Assembly (NCBI GenBank): GCA_964632315.1 | Contig: CAZWEM010000052.1 | Span: 1-31,086 of the forward strand | Source: an uncultured archaeon | GTDB lineage: Archaea; Asgardarchaeota; Lokiarchaeia; Sigyniarchaeales; SOKP01 | DNA length: 31,086 nucleotides | Reading direction: 5' to 3' | Notes under the pieces: model-generated | The model's database searches: none | The model's input: the letters and a program-made list of their open reading frames with translations, nothing else | Told to the model about the DNA's origin: nothing | In this document: piece after piece, positions 1 through 9,965 of the stretch | Layout of the letters: every line of letters starts with the position of its first letter | Position numbering within the stretch: the first letter of the stretch is position 1 | Position numbers and translations under genes: made by a program

Positions 1-712
1 AGGAATAAATTGCCTCTGGAGCAAATGAATCCATGCAAAATAGACCGATTTTTAAAATATGAGCTCGCATAAAGTATTTTAACATACCTGCTGGTGAATT
101 CATCATTTTATCTACTGCATCAATATTACAAGGAGTTCCAACAAAAGCAATTGATCGAAAATCTTGTCTAATGGCATCCATTAAGGCCTCAACGGTTTGA
201 GAATGCGTGTATATAGAACCGGATGCTTTAATTGCGTCATCTTTATTAGTGACGATTTGGGCAATTGGATGCCATGGATTTTTTGGATCCTTCATTGTAA
301 CGATAGCTGCATCAATTAAATGTTCATCAAATAGATAAGCAAGTAGAGAGGTGACAGTACCCCCATCTTGTCCTCCAATAACTTCAGGAATATTTGTATT
401 TGCTACATATCCCGACTTAAATTCACCCATTAGCTGAATGGGATCAGTAATAGTTCGCGGACATTGGTTATAGCATATACCACATCCAGTACATTTACCA
501 ATTAATTTAGGTTGAGCTGATATTGGATCCCACTCCAAAACAGGGCATACGGCAGCACAAGTACCGCATTCGGTACAAATTCCTGCTCGAATGATTTCTT
601 TCATCAGCATTCCATAACTATCTTTTTTACCTTCCAGTTTTCGCTGTATGTAATCAAAAGAATAGTCATATTGTGAAGAATCTTTCTTTTCCTCAGTTTG
701 ATTTTCAGTCAT
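1..712 (-). CDS. FrhB/FdhB-family (F420 hydrogenase/dehydrogenase beta subunit) protein with N-terminal 2x[4Fe-4S] ferredoxin domain; runs off the window edge, so the 3' end is missing
   Basis: Not in the ORF track. Manual translation from ATG at 712 gives MTENQTEEKK...CTECGTCAAVCP...CTGCGICYNQCPR...GQDGGTVTSLL...ASGSIYT...FVGTPC...IGLFCMDSF, open to position 1. These are the same motifs as in the FrhB paralogs at 12582 and 14098. Confidence 0.9.
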   Translation of the reverse strand, partial: MTENQTEEKKDSSQYDYSFDYIQRKLEGKKDSYGMLMKEIIRAGICTECGTCAAVCPVLEWDPISAQPKLIGKCTGCGICYNQCPRTITDPIQLMGEFKSGYVANTNIPEVIGGQDGGTVTSLLAYLFDEHLIDAAIVTMKDPKNPWHPIAQIVTNKDDAIKASGSIYTHSQTVEALMDAIRQDFRSIAFVGTPCNIDAVDKMMNSPAGMLKYFMRAHILKIGLFCMDSFAPEAIYS

Positions 713-1025
713 GTACTTTAAACCATTTAATACCTTGATTTATTTGGATAATTTTTAATAAATACTTATGTTAAAGAAATGGACTAGTAGTAAAAAAATT
801 TATCAATTGTTCAAACAAGTAATTGATCATATTAGATTTCATTTTATAATTTAAACTCATTTAATTGGATACAATTATTTAAGTTTAAAGATCTAAGGAC
901 TATAGTTCTGACAAAAACCATAAAAATCCCTGAAAAATTTAATAGAAAAGAAAATTACTTTAAGTTCTTACAAATAAATTACATTTGAAGATAAATTCCT
1001 CATAACTCCCCATAACCCCTACATG

Positions 1026-2603
1026 CTAATCAAAAATGAGATATTTTGCTGAGGTGATGTTAGGAAGATTTGATAACTGAACAAGAAACTCTTCTGGAAT
1101 GGAATTATCTACATTGATTAGTGATATAGCTGTCCCCCCCGGTTCATTCCTACCAAGTTGATATCCCGCAATATTTATCTTTTTTTCTCCTAAAAGTCTC
1201 CCAACGTTACCTACGACTCCAGGAACGTCTTGATTTTCTAACATCAAGATTCCTCCAATGAGATCCGCCTCAATTGGAAAATGGTTGACTTCTAATATTT
1301 TCATTAGCCTTCCAAAGAGTGCACCAGATACCGACTTTTGAACGTTTTCATAATATGCGATAACCCTTATCATGCTGGCAAAATGTCCCGCTTTTTTTCC
1401 CCGTGTTTCAGTAACCTTTATTCCTCGTTCTTCAGCAACGATTCGAGCATTAACCAAGTTAATATCTTCTGTTTGGTGTTTCAGAAACCCTTTAAGCACT
1501 GAGATCGTCAATGGAGCTATTTCAAGTTCTGAAGCATCTCCTAAATATTCTACCTGAAGTTCTTTTAATGGACCTTCAAGAAGTTGACCAACAAAAGATC
1601 CTAAATTCTCACACAGATTAAGATATGGTTTGAGTATTGGCAACAGTTCAGATGATATCGAAGGAAAATTTATAGAATTGCGAATAATCCCTCTATTCAA
1701 GAAATCTGAGATTTGCTCAGCAATTAATATTGCAACTTTTTCTTGAGCCTCCATTGTGGATGCACCTAAGTGAGGTGTTAAAATTACGTTAGGATGACTT
1801 AATAAAGGTGAATTCTTAGGAGGAGGTTCAATTTCATAAACATCGAGAGCAACACCACTTACTTGACCTGAATTTAAAGCTGACAATAAATTATTCTCAT
1901 TTACAAGACCGCCTCGAGCACAGTTGATAAGGAAAATTCCTTTTTTCATTTTACTTATAGCCTCTGCATTAATCATGCCCCTAGTTTCTGGTGTAAGTGG
2001 AGTGTGATAAGTAATAAAATCCGATTTTTTGTATATTTCTTCAATTCCAACGATTTGGATTCCTAGCTTTTCCATATCTTCCTTATGTACGTAAGGATCG
2101 TATCCTAAAACTTTCATTTTAAGTCCTAATCCTCTTTCGGCGACAACCTTGCCCACGTTCCCTAACCCTATAATTCCTAGGACTTTTCCCGTAAGTTCTG
2201 TTCCAATGAAACTGCTTTTTTCCCATTTACCATTTTTCATTGAAGCAGTAGCTTGTGGAACTTTTCGTGCTAAAGCAAGCATTAATGCAATAGCATGTTC
2301 TCCTGTTGTAATCGTGTTCCCTCCTGGAGTATTCATGACCACTATTCCCTTTCTAGTTGCAATATTAGTATCGATATTATCGGTTCCCGAACCTGCTCTT
2401 CCTATGATTTTTAATCTTGACACGTTTTGTAATACATCTGGAGTGATACGTGTTGCTCCTCTTAAAGCAATACCATCATAATTATCGACGATTTTTGCTA
2501 AGTCTTCAGATCCCATTTTTCCTTTAACATCAGTCTCAATCCCGTTCTTGTGGAATACGTCGATTGCTACTTCTTGTAGATTATCAAGAATAAGAACTTT
2601 CAT
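1026..2603 (-). CDS. serA: D-3-phosphoglycerate dehydrogenase (long form with ASB and ACT domains)
   Basis: GRAGSGTDNID, NTPGGNT, Rossmann GIIGLGNVG, NCARGG, LDVYE, TPHLGAST and C-terminal ACT domain (DVPGVVG). Start set to ATG 2603 (MKVLILD) rather than the track's 2654. Confidence 0.93.
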   Translation of the reverse strand: MKVLILDNLQEVAIDVFHKNGIETDVKGKMGSEDLAKIVDNYDGIALRGATRITPDVLQNVSRLKIIGRAGSGTDNIDTNIATRKGIVVMNTPGGNTITTGEHAIALMLALARKVPQATASMKNGKWEKSSFIGTELTGKVLGIIGLGNVGKVVAERGLGLKMKVLGYDPYVHKEDMEKLGIQIVGIEEIYKKSDFITYHTPLTPETRGMINAEAISKMKKGIFLINCARGGLVNENNLLSALNSGQVSGVALDVYEIEPPPKNSPLLSHPNVILTPHLGASTMEAQEKVAILIAEQISDFLNRGIIRNSINFPSISSELLPILKPYLNLCENLGSFVGQLLEGPLKELQVEYLGDASELEIAPLTISVLKGFLKHQTEDINLVNARIVAEERGIKVTETRGKKAGHFASMIRVIAYYENVQKSVSGALFGRLMKILEVNHFPIEADLIGGILMLENQDVPGVVGNVGRLLGEKKINIAGYQLGRNEPGGTAISLINVDNSIPEEFLVQLSNLPNITSAKYLIFD

Positions 2604-2781
2604 TTCTACCAGTAATAAGGAAATTCTATTGGAATATAAAATATTGACAATCAATTAATTTATTATTATTAATCCATTATTTGGATCACCTTTAATACTT
2701 GATGATTGAAAATAAAGGGAAGATATTTATAAGTTCTAAACTCAACATTAGACCTTAATAAAAATGTGAATCTATTCTCTA

Positions 2782-3678
2782 TTGATTTTAAAGGATGGAA
2801 AGAAATTGCCTGATAAAAAATGGTTTATCGATAAAATAAGTGGTTTTTTGCAAACTGATGAGAGCAACAAGATGACTGGAGTAGATGGAATATTAATGTT
2901 CGAACCTAACCCCCTCTTAGGATTTTGTTCAGGAAATGATTTAATTTTTGAAGAATATAAACAAGTTGTTGGACCTTTCCATCTCACTCCATCCGAAGCG
3001 TTTGAAAAGTATTGCAGCATGTATCAAATTAAGCCAGCTGATCCTAATAATCTTTCCGTGATTGCTTACATTCTTCCCATAAACGAAAAGACTAAATCAG
3101 AGAATTATCGATATTCGGAAGATTGGCCGTCAGAAAGATGGGCTCATACGAGACTTTTTGGTGAGAAAGCAAATCAGAAATTACAGAAATTTTTAGTAAG
3201 TGAACTTGAAAAAGAGTTTGGATTAATAGCCGTAGCACCAATGACGGAAAGAAAACTTTTCAAGATTTATAGAAAGCATGAAAAAGCACGACAAGGAGTT
3301 TGGGCTTCTACTTGGTCTCATCGGCATATGTGCTTCGCTTGTGGTTTAGGTTCTTTTGGATTATCAGATGGATTTATCAACGAGAAGGGAAAAGCCATGC
3401 GATGTGGCTCAATAATCGTTAATTTTAAACTACCATCAGATGCAGATAAAAGACCTCAAGATCCTTATGCTTATTGCTCAAAATGTGGTGATTGCATAAA
3501 GCGTTGCCCTATAAATGCCATTAGTTTCGAACGCGGCCATGATAAACAAGCTTGTTCAGAAAAAGTAATGGCAACAATCCCTTACATTAATGAACATTAT
3601 AATATTTCAATTTATTCTTGTGGACTCTGCCAAGTTAACGTGTCTTGTAGTAATGGAATACCCAAGAAAAATGATTAA
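2782..3678 (+). CDS. QueG-like / reductive-dehalogenase-like (cobalamin-binding) 2x[4Fe-4S] protein
   Basis: WSHRH..FACGLGSFG...G..MRCGSII motif, followed by CSKCGDCIKRCP and C...CGLCQVNVSC clusters. TTG start is uncertain. Confidence 0.7.
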   Translation: MILKDGKKLPDKKWFIDKISGFLQTDESNKMTGVDGILMFEPNPLLGFCSGNDLIFEEYKQVVGPFHLTPSEAFEKYCSMYQIKPADPNNLSVIAYILPINEKTKSENYRYSEDWPSERWAHTRLFGEKANQKLQKFLVSELEKEFGLIAVAPMTERKLFKIYRKHEKARQGVWASTWSHRHMCFACGLGSFGLSDGFINEKGKAMRCGSIIVNFKLPSDADKRPQDPYAYCSKCGDCIKRCPINAISFERGHDKQACSEKVMATIPYINEHYNISIYSCGLCQVNVSCSNGIPKKND

Positions 3679-3697
3679 GGATTAATTTTTTGTGGTC

Positions 3698-5179
3698 TTA
3701 CCTATTTCTGCTTGATTCCTTATTTTTTGCTTCTTGAACTAAAATCTTAAGATTTTTTACCATTTCTTCCAGGCTGGGAAAGTCGGGAATGTCATGTTCC
3801 CCCAATAATTTGGAAACTCGCTTCACTTCCCTATTATCTCCAACTAACCAATAAAAAAATGGTTTTGGAGCATTTTTTATTTCACCAATTATACCCGACA
3901 AATCATTAAAACCTCTGTATAATTTTGAGCAGAATAACATGTTAAATATAGCCTCAACCTTAGGGTCCTCAATAAGTGCTCTGTAAACTCTTGCTACTAC
4001 TTCCTGTGGTTCAATGTTATTCATCATGGCTTTTTCCATGGCAGGCCATATATCAACAAATCCAAACCTATTAGGAGGCATCCATTCTGGAAATACATTT
4101 ACCAATGTCTTATAGGTACTATCGCTTAAAATAGGGAAATCCAACCCATATTTTTTGGTAAGATCAGCCGTGATGGTCCCTGCTCCTCCAGATCCTGCCA
4201 CCATGGTGACATTACCATTACTAGGGAACTTTTTATGGGTCTTATAAATCATCGAGAAAGTCCGAGCATACTGAAATAGCTCATGAAAGCTATTAGCTTG
4301 GATCACGTTTGCTTGTCTAATAATCGCTTTAATTAATCTGGTGCTTTCTGAAAGTGTCCCCGTATGGCTATGTGATGCTTTTTGGCCAAGTGAGGTTGAT
4401 CCTCCCTTGACAAGAATTATGGTCTTATCTTCTCTTTTTGCTGCTTTTTTGCATAATGCTAGAAATTTTCTTGGGTCGTTAAATGATTCTAAGTAGATGG
4501 CGATAACGTTTACTGTCGGATCTTCAATTAAATATTCTAAAAATTCATTTTCACTTATATCCATTTTATTTCCTATAGAACACGAATACCTAAAACCAAT
4601 CTCGGGATATTTTGAGAATATATGCATCAAATAACCTCCATTTAGCATCCCAGATTGGCTTACTATTGCAATATTTCCTCGATTATAATATGAAAAAACC
4701 CCAAAGCTGGTAAAATATCCTCCTTTAACTTCTGAAGAACTGTCCCCGTCAATTCTGGTTAAACCCATGCAATTAGGGCCTACAACTCTTATTTTTGTAA
4801 AACCTTCTGTAATTTTTAATATCTCATCTCTAAGTTCTAGACCAGCATTTCCCACTTCTTCAAACCCAGATGCTTCAATAATCGCACCTTTTATGCCTTT
4901 AACAATGCAATCTCTAAGGATATCAGGTATGACTTTATTTGGAACATAAAAAATGGCAATATCAATGTCATCTTCGATATCTAAAATACTATTTTTGAAT
5001 TCCAAACCAAATAATTCACCCTTAGTATTTGGATTCACGGGATATATCTTGCCCTTAAAGTTATTTGACACTAAGTTATTTACTATTCGGTGTCCTCCTT
5101 TTAAAGGATTCTTTGAAGCACCAATCACCGCTACGGAGTTAGGATGAAGAAATGTGTTGATAATATTTTCATTTGACAT
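3698..5179 (-). CDS. Acyl-CoA synthetase (NDP-forming) alpha subunit, AcdA-like
   Basis: CoA-binding VAVIGAS, YPVNP, GPNCMG, SQSG, GNKMD, YLES, phospho-His motif SHTGTL and GSGGAG. No ATP-grasp beta domain is fused. Confidence 0.85.
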   Translation of the reverse strand: MSNENIINTFLHPNSVAVIGASKNPLKGGHRIVNNLVSNNFKGKIYPVNPNTKGELFGLEFKNSILDIEDDIDIAIFYVPNKVIPDILRDCIVKGIKGAIIEASGFEEVGNAGLELRDEILKITEGFTKIRVVGPNCMGLTRIDGDSSSEVKGGYFTSFGVFSYYNRGNIAIVSQSGMLNGGYLMHIFSKYPEIGFRYSCSIGNKMDISENEFLEYLIEDPTVNVIAIYLESFNDPRKFLALCKKAAKREDKTIILVKGGSTSLGQKASHSHTGTLSESTRLIKAIIRQANVIQANSFHELFQYARTFSMIYKTHKKFPSNGNVTMVAGSGGAGTITADLTKKYGLDFPILSDSTYKTLVNVFPEWMPPNRFGFVDIWPAMEKAMMNNIEPQEVVARVYRALIEDPKVEAIFNMLFCSKLYRGFNDLSGIIGEIKNAPKPFFYWLVGDNREVKRVSKLLGEHDIPDFPSLEEMVKNLKILVQEAKNKESSRNR

Positions 5180-5271
5180 TTAGGTCATTATAAATTTTAG
5201 TTAAATACTTAATTGTTGAAATTATTGAGCTAAGAAATAGTTTAAGATTTTAGATAATCTTCAGATTATTT

Positions 5272-5922
5272 CTATCTTAGATTAACCGCAAAATTATTTT
5301 TCAATAGTTTGACTAATCGCAAAATTAAATGAAGATTTTCTGTGTTGCTATTAACATTAATCGAATTAGTGTTAAAGGCATTCATTAAACGAGTTTTATA
5401 TGTTACAGGTGTAAAAATACTCTTTAATTCAAATAATATTTTTCTAATAAGTATGTCTTCAGAATTTAACACATGCAGTTTATCACTTTCAAGACTCTGA
5501 GAATCTGAAAAAATATTGTCTAGTATATTGTCATCAAAGATCATGCTTTTCACTATGTCTCCAATCTGATTTGAGATTCTTTCAACATTATTCAAGGTAA
5601 AATCATTGTCATTATTTTTAAGTACCATTATTAGCTTTAGAGTTTCATGAATACGTGAAAAGATGTATAAAAAATCTTTATTCTTGACCACATGGGTGTC
5701 AAACTCTTGTTTTAATCCTTCTATATTAAATGTCTCTAACTCGGATGAGAGAGCACAAGCTTTAGTACATATCTGGTCAATATCATATTCGAATTCTTCA
5801 TTTGCATAGTTAGCAATAGGCAGTGCATCAGAATCTACAATATGAGCCGAACAAAATGAATTTTTGAAAATCTCACGTAATTTATGTAAAATTTTCTCGA
5901 AATTCTGTTGAAGATTTTGCAT
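5272..5922 (-). CDS. Hypothetical protein with roadblock/LC7-like N-terminal domain
   Basis: The first ~125 aa fit the helix-beta-beta-helix-beta-beta-beta-helix pattern, with AHIVDSDALPIAN resembling the roadblock hhhDxDGLPIA motif. Low-complexity Asn-rich C-terminal part. Confidence 0.55.
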   Translation of the reverse strand: MQNLQQNFEKILHKLREIFKNSFCSAHIVDSDALPIANYANEEFEYDIDQICTKACALSSELETFNIEGLKQEFDTHVVKNKDFLYIFSRIHETLKLIMVLKNNDNDFTLNNVERISNQIGDIVKSMIFDDNILDNIFSDSQSLESDKLHVLNSEDILIRKILFELKSIFTPVTYKTRLMNAFNTNSINVNSNTENLHLILRLVKLLKNNFAVNLR

Positions 5923-5989
5923 GAGTTTAGTTTTTCCTAAAATTGATGACTAATTTTATTTTTAGAATCATATTTTTAAAGATCGAGAT

Positions 5990-6322
5990 TTGATTCGAAA
6001 AAAAGAAAATTTTGAAGTTAAAAAATATGATTTAACTTGTTTTTCATATACATTACCCCAACTCTCCTTTTTGATATATTTAATTTATTATCATCAACCT
6101 CCACCTAAATTCTACGATAATATCGTCTACGATTATACCGCTAACTCAATTACACTAATCTCTCAACTTTTTGGTCTAAGGGGTATGATCTCTGTTTTCT
6201 CTTATATAGATTTAAGTCAAAATCCTGGAATACCCGATTATGACCCATTGATTCTTTTAATGATTAGCGCTATTAGTATAATTGGAGTAATTTCAATTTA
6301 TCGGAAAAAATTAATTCATTAA
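5990..6322 (+). pseudogene. Short ORF or gene remnant ending in a Loki-CTERM-like sorting signal
   Basis: C-terminus NPGIPDYDPLILLMISAISIIGVISIYRKKLIH = IP(G/D)Y motif + TM helix + basic tail. TTG start, no clear signal peptide, only 110 aa. Confidence 0.45.
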
Positions 6323-6420
6323 CTTTTTTTTTATTTAATATATATCGGTCGAAAAACAGATATAAAAGTCATTTATAATCATAAAAAACCAAAATTAGTA
6401 TGAGAAAAAAAATAAAAATA

Positions 6421-7872
6421 TTAGCTTAACTTTTTAAGAGCTTCTTTCATAACTAATTCAAACTTTTCTAAGATGATATCAGCATCACTTTCAGTTATAA
6501 TTAAAGGAGGTTTTATCTTTACTACATTTCTCCTAATTATTTGACCTCTTGTGGAAAGTATTGGCATTGATTCACCTAAGTACATCCCAAATTCAGGTGC
6601 AATTAAAATCATTTCTTCAGTAAGTTCGGTAAATGGTTCTCTCGTATCCTTATTTTTAACCATCTCTACACCAATAAATAAACCCTCTCCTCGGACATCT
6701 CCAATAACTTCATACTCCTCTTGCATCTCCAATAACCTTTTTGTAATTTTTTTCCCCATTTTTTCACAATTTTCCCCTAGTTTTGACTCTTCAGCAACTC
6801 TGATTGCTGCAAATCCTGCTGCTGCCAATACGGGATTAGAACTAAAAGTTGTATGTTCTTCTGAAGGTCCGAATCGCTTCTTGATTTTTGGTGATACAGT
6901 GAGTGCTCCTAAAGGAAATCCGCCTCCAATACCTTTTGTATAAGTTATCATATCTGGGGATACATCAATATTTTGTTCTTTTTCATACCTCTCTGTAAGT
7001 GTAAAATATTTGCCTGTTCTCCAAAAACATGTTTGGCACTCATCATAAATGAGGTAAACTTTTTCCTCCTTGCACACGTCTTTAAGTTTCTTGAGAAATT
7101 CAACTGGGGCAGGAATTTGACCTCCTCCTGCTTGATTCGGCTCAAGCATTACACCTGCAAACTTCTTAGGTGCCATTCCTTTAATGTAATCTTCAACTAA
7201 GTCAAAACATTCGAGATTACAACTTGGATCCTTCTTACCCCTCAAGCCATTTTTATATTTCCATAAGCATCTATAGCAGTATGGATAAGGCATTCTAGTA
7301 AAGTGTGCATAGCCCCAGTTTTCAAATCGATTTACCGCATGAATTGGTTGCGAGGCACATCCAGTAACTAGTGAATTGCCATGATAAGCACCCCAAAATA
7401 CTCCAAAGTGGTCAGCTCCTCGTGATTCCATCAAGGCTAGCTTCATTGCCGCCTCATTAGCTAATCCTCCTCCTTCATTATTTATTAATACTCTCCCCCC
7501 CTTTAATTTTCCTGGAGCTAAGTCCGCCAACTTATTGATTAATTTGGCTCTAGCAGGGGTCAATGTATTATATCTCACGTGGGTTAAGCGCTTCATTTGC
7601 TGTAAAACCGCATAATTAACATCTGGATGAGCAAAACCTAACGATAATGCCCAATTCATTGAGGTAACGTCAATTATGTCTTTAATGGTACCATCTTTAT
7701 CTCTTACTCTTACCCACGCAGAACCTGGCTCTTTTGCTTCTATTGGAATCAGAGGTTCGACAAAGGAATTTAATGCGTGTTTATCAAATTCCAGTAATTC
7801 CTCTTCATTTATCCCCGATCCAATCCTATCAAGCTCTTCCTTTTTTAATATAATAGGTTCAATTTCTTTCAT
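6421..7872 (-). CDS. Class-III PLP-dependent aminotransferase (GabT/ArgD-like)
   Basis: GAYHGNS, MLEPNQAGGG, IYDECQTCFWRTG, PLP-Lys in TKGIGGGFPLG, HTTFSSNP, DVRGEGL, KIKPPL. Confidence 0.92.
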   Translation of the reverse strand: MKEIEPIILKKEELDRIGSGINEEELLEFDKHALNSFVEPLIPIEAKEPGSAWVRVRDKDGTIKDIIDVTSMNWALSLGFAHPDVNYAVLQQMKRLTHVRYNTLTPARAKLINKLADLAPGKLKGGRVLINNEGGGLANEAAMKLALMESRGADHFGVFWGAYHGNSLVTGCASQPIHAVNRFENWGYAHFTRMPYPYCYRCLWKYKNGLRGKKDPSCNLECFDLVEDYIKGMAPKKFAGVMLEPNQAGGGQIPAPVEFLKKLKDVCKEEKVYLIYDECQTCFWRTGKYFTLTERYEKEQNIDVSPDMITYTKGIGGGFPLGALTVSPKIKKRFGPSEEHTTFSSNPVLAAAGFAAIRVAEESKLGENCEKMGKKITKRLLEMQEEYEVIGDVRGEGLFIGVEMVKNKDTREPFTELTEEMILIAPEFGMYLGESMPILSTRGQIIRRNVVKIKPPLIITESDADIILEKFELVMKEALKKLS

Positions 7873-8010
7873 GATTTATCACTAGAATATTGATTTTTAT
7901 AACTCTTAAGATTATAGTTCTTTTATAATCTGTTGATTGAAAGTCAGATAGAGAAACAGAATGATTATTAATCATTTGTCATAATCCTAAACTCGGCTCT
8001 AGAAAAAATG

Positions 8011-9615
8011 TTATTGACTATTTTCCTCTAATTCTAGTCGCTCTTCTATTTTTTTAATGGCATTAGAAGCGTAAATCCTTACTACTCTATGGAAATCATT
8101 TACTCTGGTCATTAGTGCATTTAAAGCTTTATCATCACCGAACCTTTCTAGTATCTTGATCGTACTAATCTTAACCTTATAATCCTCTTCATCATTATTC
8201 TTAAGGAAATCGATTAGTCTCGCGTAATCTTTATTTAGTGAACGCCAAAATTCGTTCTCTGTATCTTTTAACTTATACCAATTTTTTTGAAAGATATTAT
8301 AGATTGCATCCGCAGCTACTTTTTTGATCAACCAGTATGTTTGTTCATCATTCAAAACGGAAATTAATTCATTCAAGGAACTCGTTAGCCCTATTTTACC
8401 TAAGGCTATAATAACATTTTTTTTCACATCTAAATTTCTATCATCCATTACTCTAACTAATGGAGCAGCGAATTCTTTATTACCAATTTCGCCCAATATG
8501 AAAGCAACGCTTTCTTTTATTGTTTCATTATCACCATTGAGATAATCCAATAAATAGGCATAAGACTCAACTTCAGAATTCAGATATATATTTTTTATAG
8601 CATCAATGACTTGAAATTTCATATCAATATCAGTGTATTCGAAGCTTATGTCTTCAATGTTTAAAATGCTTAACAATTCCGGAACTGCACTGATATCTCC
8701 AATTTCTCCTAATGCTTCAATAGATGCCCGCGTGACCTCATTATACATGTTATCTAAATTATCGATTAATGAATCAACAGCGTCGCGAATCTTTAATTTC
8801 CCAGTAATGATAATAGCATTTTTTTTCAATATGAAATCGTCAGTTAGTAATAACTTGATGAGATCATCTTTAATATGATCCGAAATAAGAGATAAAGTAG
8901 CAACAATTGAATTCATTAAAGCTTTATCCTCTTCCCTTAACACTCGAGAGATTTCATTTAAGACAGTATTCCTATTTTTTACTAAATCTGAAAGGATTTC
9001 AGGATATCTTGTTTTAATATAGCCAATATCATCAAGATCCATGTTGATACTTGAAATTTCGTATCCCATCAGTTTGATGATCTCAGATTTATGCTTATTT
9101 GAAAGATTATTGTCTTTTAAAGCAGATACCAATGATTGAATTAAGTATGCCGGTTCGATGTCCAATAATTTGTTCTTTACAAAATTTTTTATACTATTAA
9201 AAACTGAGTCCAGGTATTGAATATATAATTTTATCTCTTCCTTTTCGAATCTAATTTTCCCTATAGATTTTAATGCTGCAATGTAAATATCAGGATCATT
9301 AAACTCTTGATTGAGAATCCATCGTAATGGCTTTAATCCCTTTTCTAATCTCAATCTACCAAGAGCTTTTGCGGCTTCACATTTGATTTTTACACCCTCT
9401 TCAGATATCAACACATTTTCTATAGTATCGAAACAATCTTTACCTAAAGAAGATTCCTCTTTACACATTACTCCTAAATATCTTATGGCTCCAATTCGCT
9501 TATTATTGTTTTTAGTGGCGTCGATAATTTCAGTAAGCATCCTAATTGAATTATTTAACCCTAATTGTTGTCTTTTAGCGTAGACATCATCTGGTTCGAG
9601 TTTAGGATCAATCAT
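8011..9615 (-). CDS. HEAT-repeat (PBS lyase-like) alpha-solenoid protein
   Basis: Repeated units such as KCEAAKALGRL, TRASIEALGEIGD, KESVAFILGEIGN, KKNVIIALGKIG, VRIYASNAIKKI. Confidence 0.88.
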   Translation of the reverse strand: MIDPKLEPDDVYAKRQQLGLNNSIRMLTEIIDATKNNNKRIGAIRYLGVMCKEESSLGKDCFDTIENVLISEEGVKIKCEAAKALGRLRLEKGLKPLRWILNQEFNDPDIYIAALKSIGKIRFEKEEIKLYIQYLDSVFNSIKNFVKNKLLDIEPAYLIQSLVSALKDNNLSNKHKSEIIKLMGYEISSINMDLDDIGYIKTRYPEILSDLVKNRNTVLNEISRVLREEDKALMNSIVATLSLISDHIKDDLIKLLLTDDFILKKNAIIITGKLKIRDAVDSLIDNLDNMYNEVTRASIEALGEIGDISAVPELLSILNIEDISFEYTDIDMKFQVIDAIKNIYLNSEVESYAYLLDYLNGDNETIKESVAFILGEIGNKEFAAPLVRVMDDRNLDVKKNVIIALGKIGLTSSLNELISVLNDEQTYWLIKKVAADAIYNIFQKNWYKLKDTENEFWRSLNKDYARLIDFLKNNDEEDYKVKISTIKILERFGDDKALNALMTRVNDFHRVVRIYASNAIKKIEERLELEENSQ

Positions 9616-9920
9616 ATTTATAGCGGATTCTTTTTCAATTATTTATCCAATAGATTTTGAGATTATAAAAATATTTTCAATTTGAATCTTTAATTGACAT
9701 TTTGCTATTTTTTGGCACTTCGAGAAATTATATAATAAATCAAATTTTATTTAAGAACCCCATAATTTTTAACTCTTTTGCTATTATTTTCAATCAAGGT
9801 ACCTAATCTTTTTAATGAAACATAATAAAAATGACAATTCAGATAATAAAATTGTCGGTTATTGCTCATACCGGCTAATACAATAAATCTATAAATATAA
9901 ATATCATAGAAGTTAAATTA

Positions 9921-9935
9921 AAAATATTATAAATA
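9921..9935 (+). promoter_or_regulatory. Candidate archaeal TATA box (A-rich BRE + TTATAAATA) for the hdrA cluster
   Basis: AAAATATTATAAATA lies ~30 nt upstream of the leader hairpin. The region is very AT-rich and another TATA-like run occurs near 9890-9904. Confidence 0.3.
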
Positions 9936-9965
9936 AATGTAAATTAAGAGATTAAGTAACTAAAA

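Noticed and set aside
803-827. TCAATT-N12-AATTGA inverted repeat upstream of the left frhB
   Set aside because: AT-rich 6-bp arms are expected by chance at this base composition.
992-1024. Imperfect 10-nt tandem repeat (CATAACTCCC/CATAACCCCT) after the serA stop
   Set aside because: Only two to three degenerate units with no spacers. Not CRISPR, and no convincing SECIS pairing on the minus strand.
9854-9875. Small inverted repeat GTCGG...CCGGC in the divergent promoter region
   Set aside because: Short, imperfect and single-copy; it cannot be distinguished from chance without comparative data.
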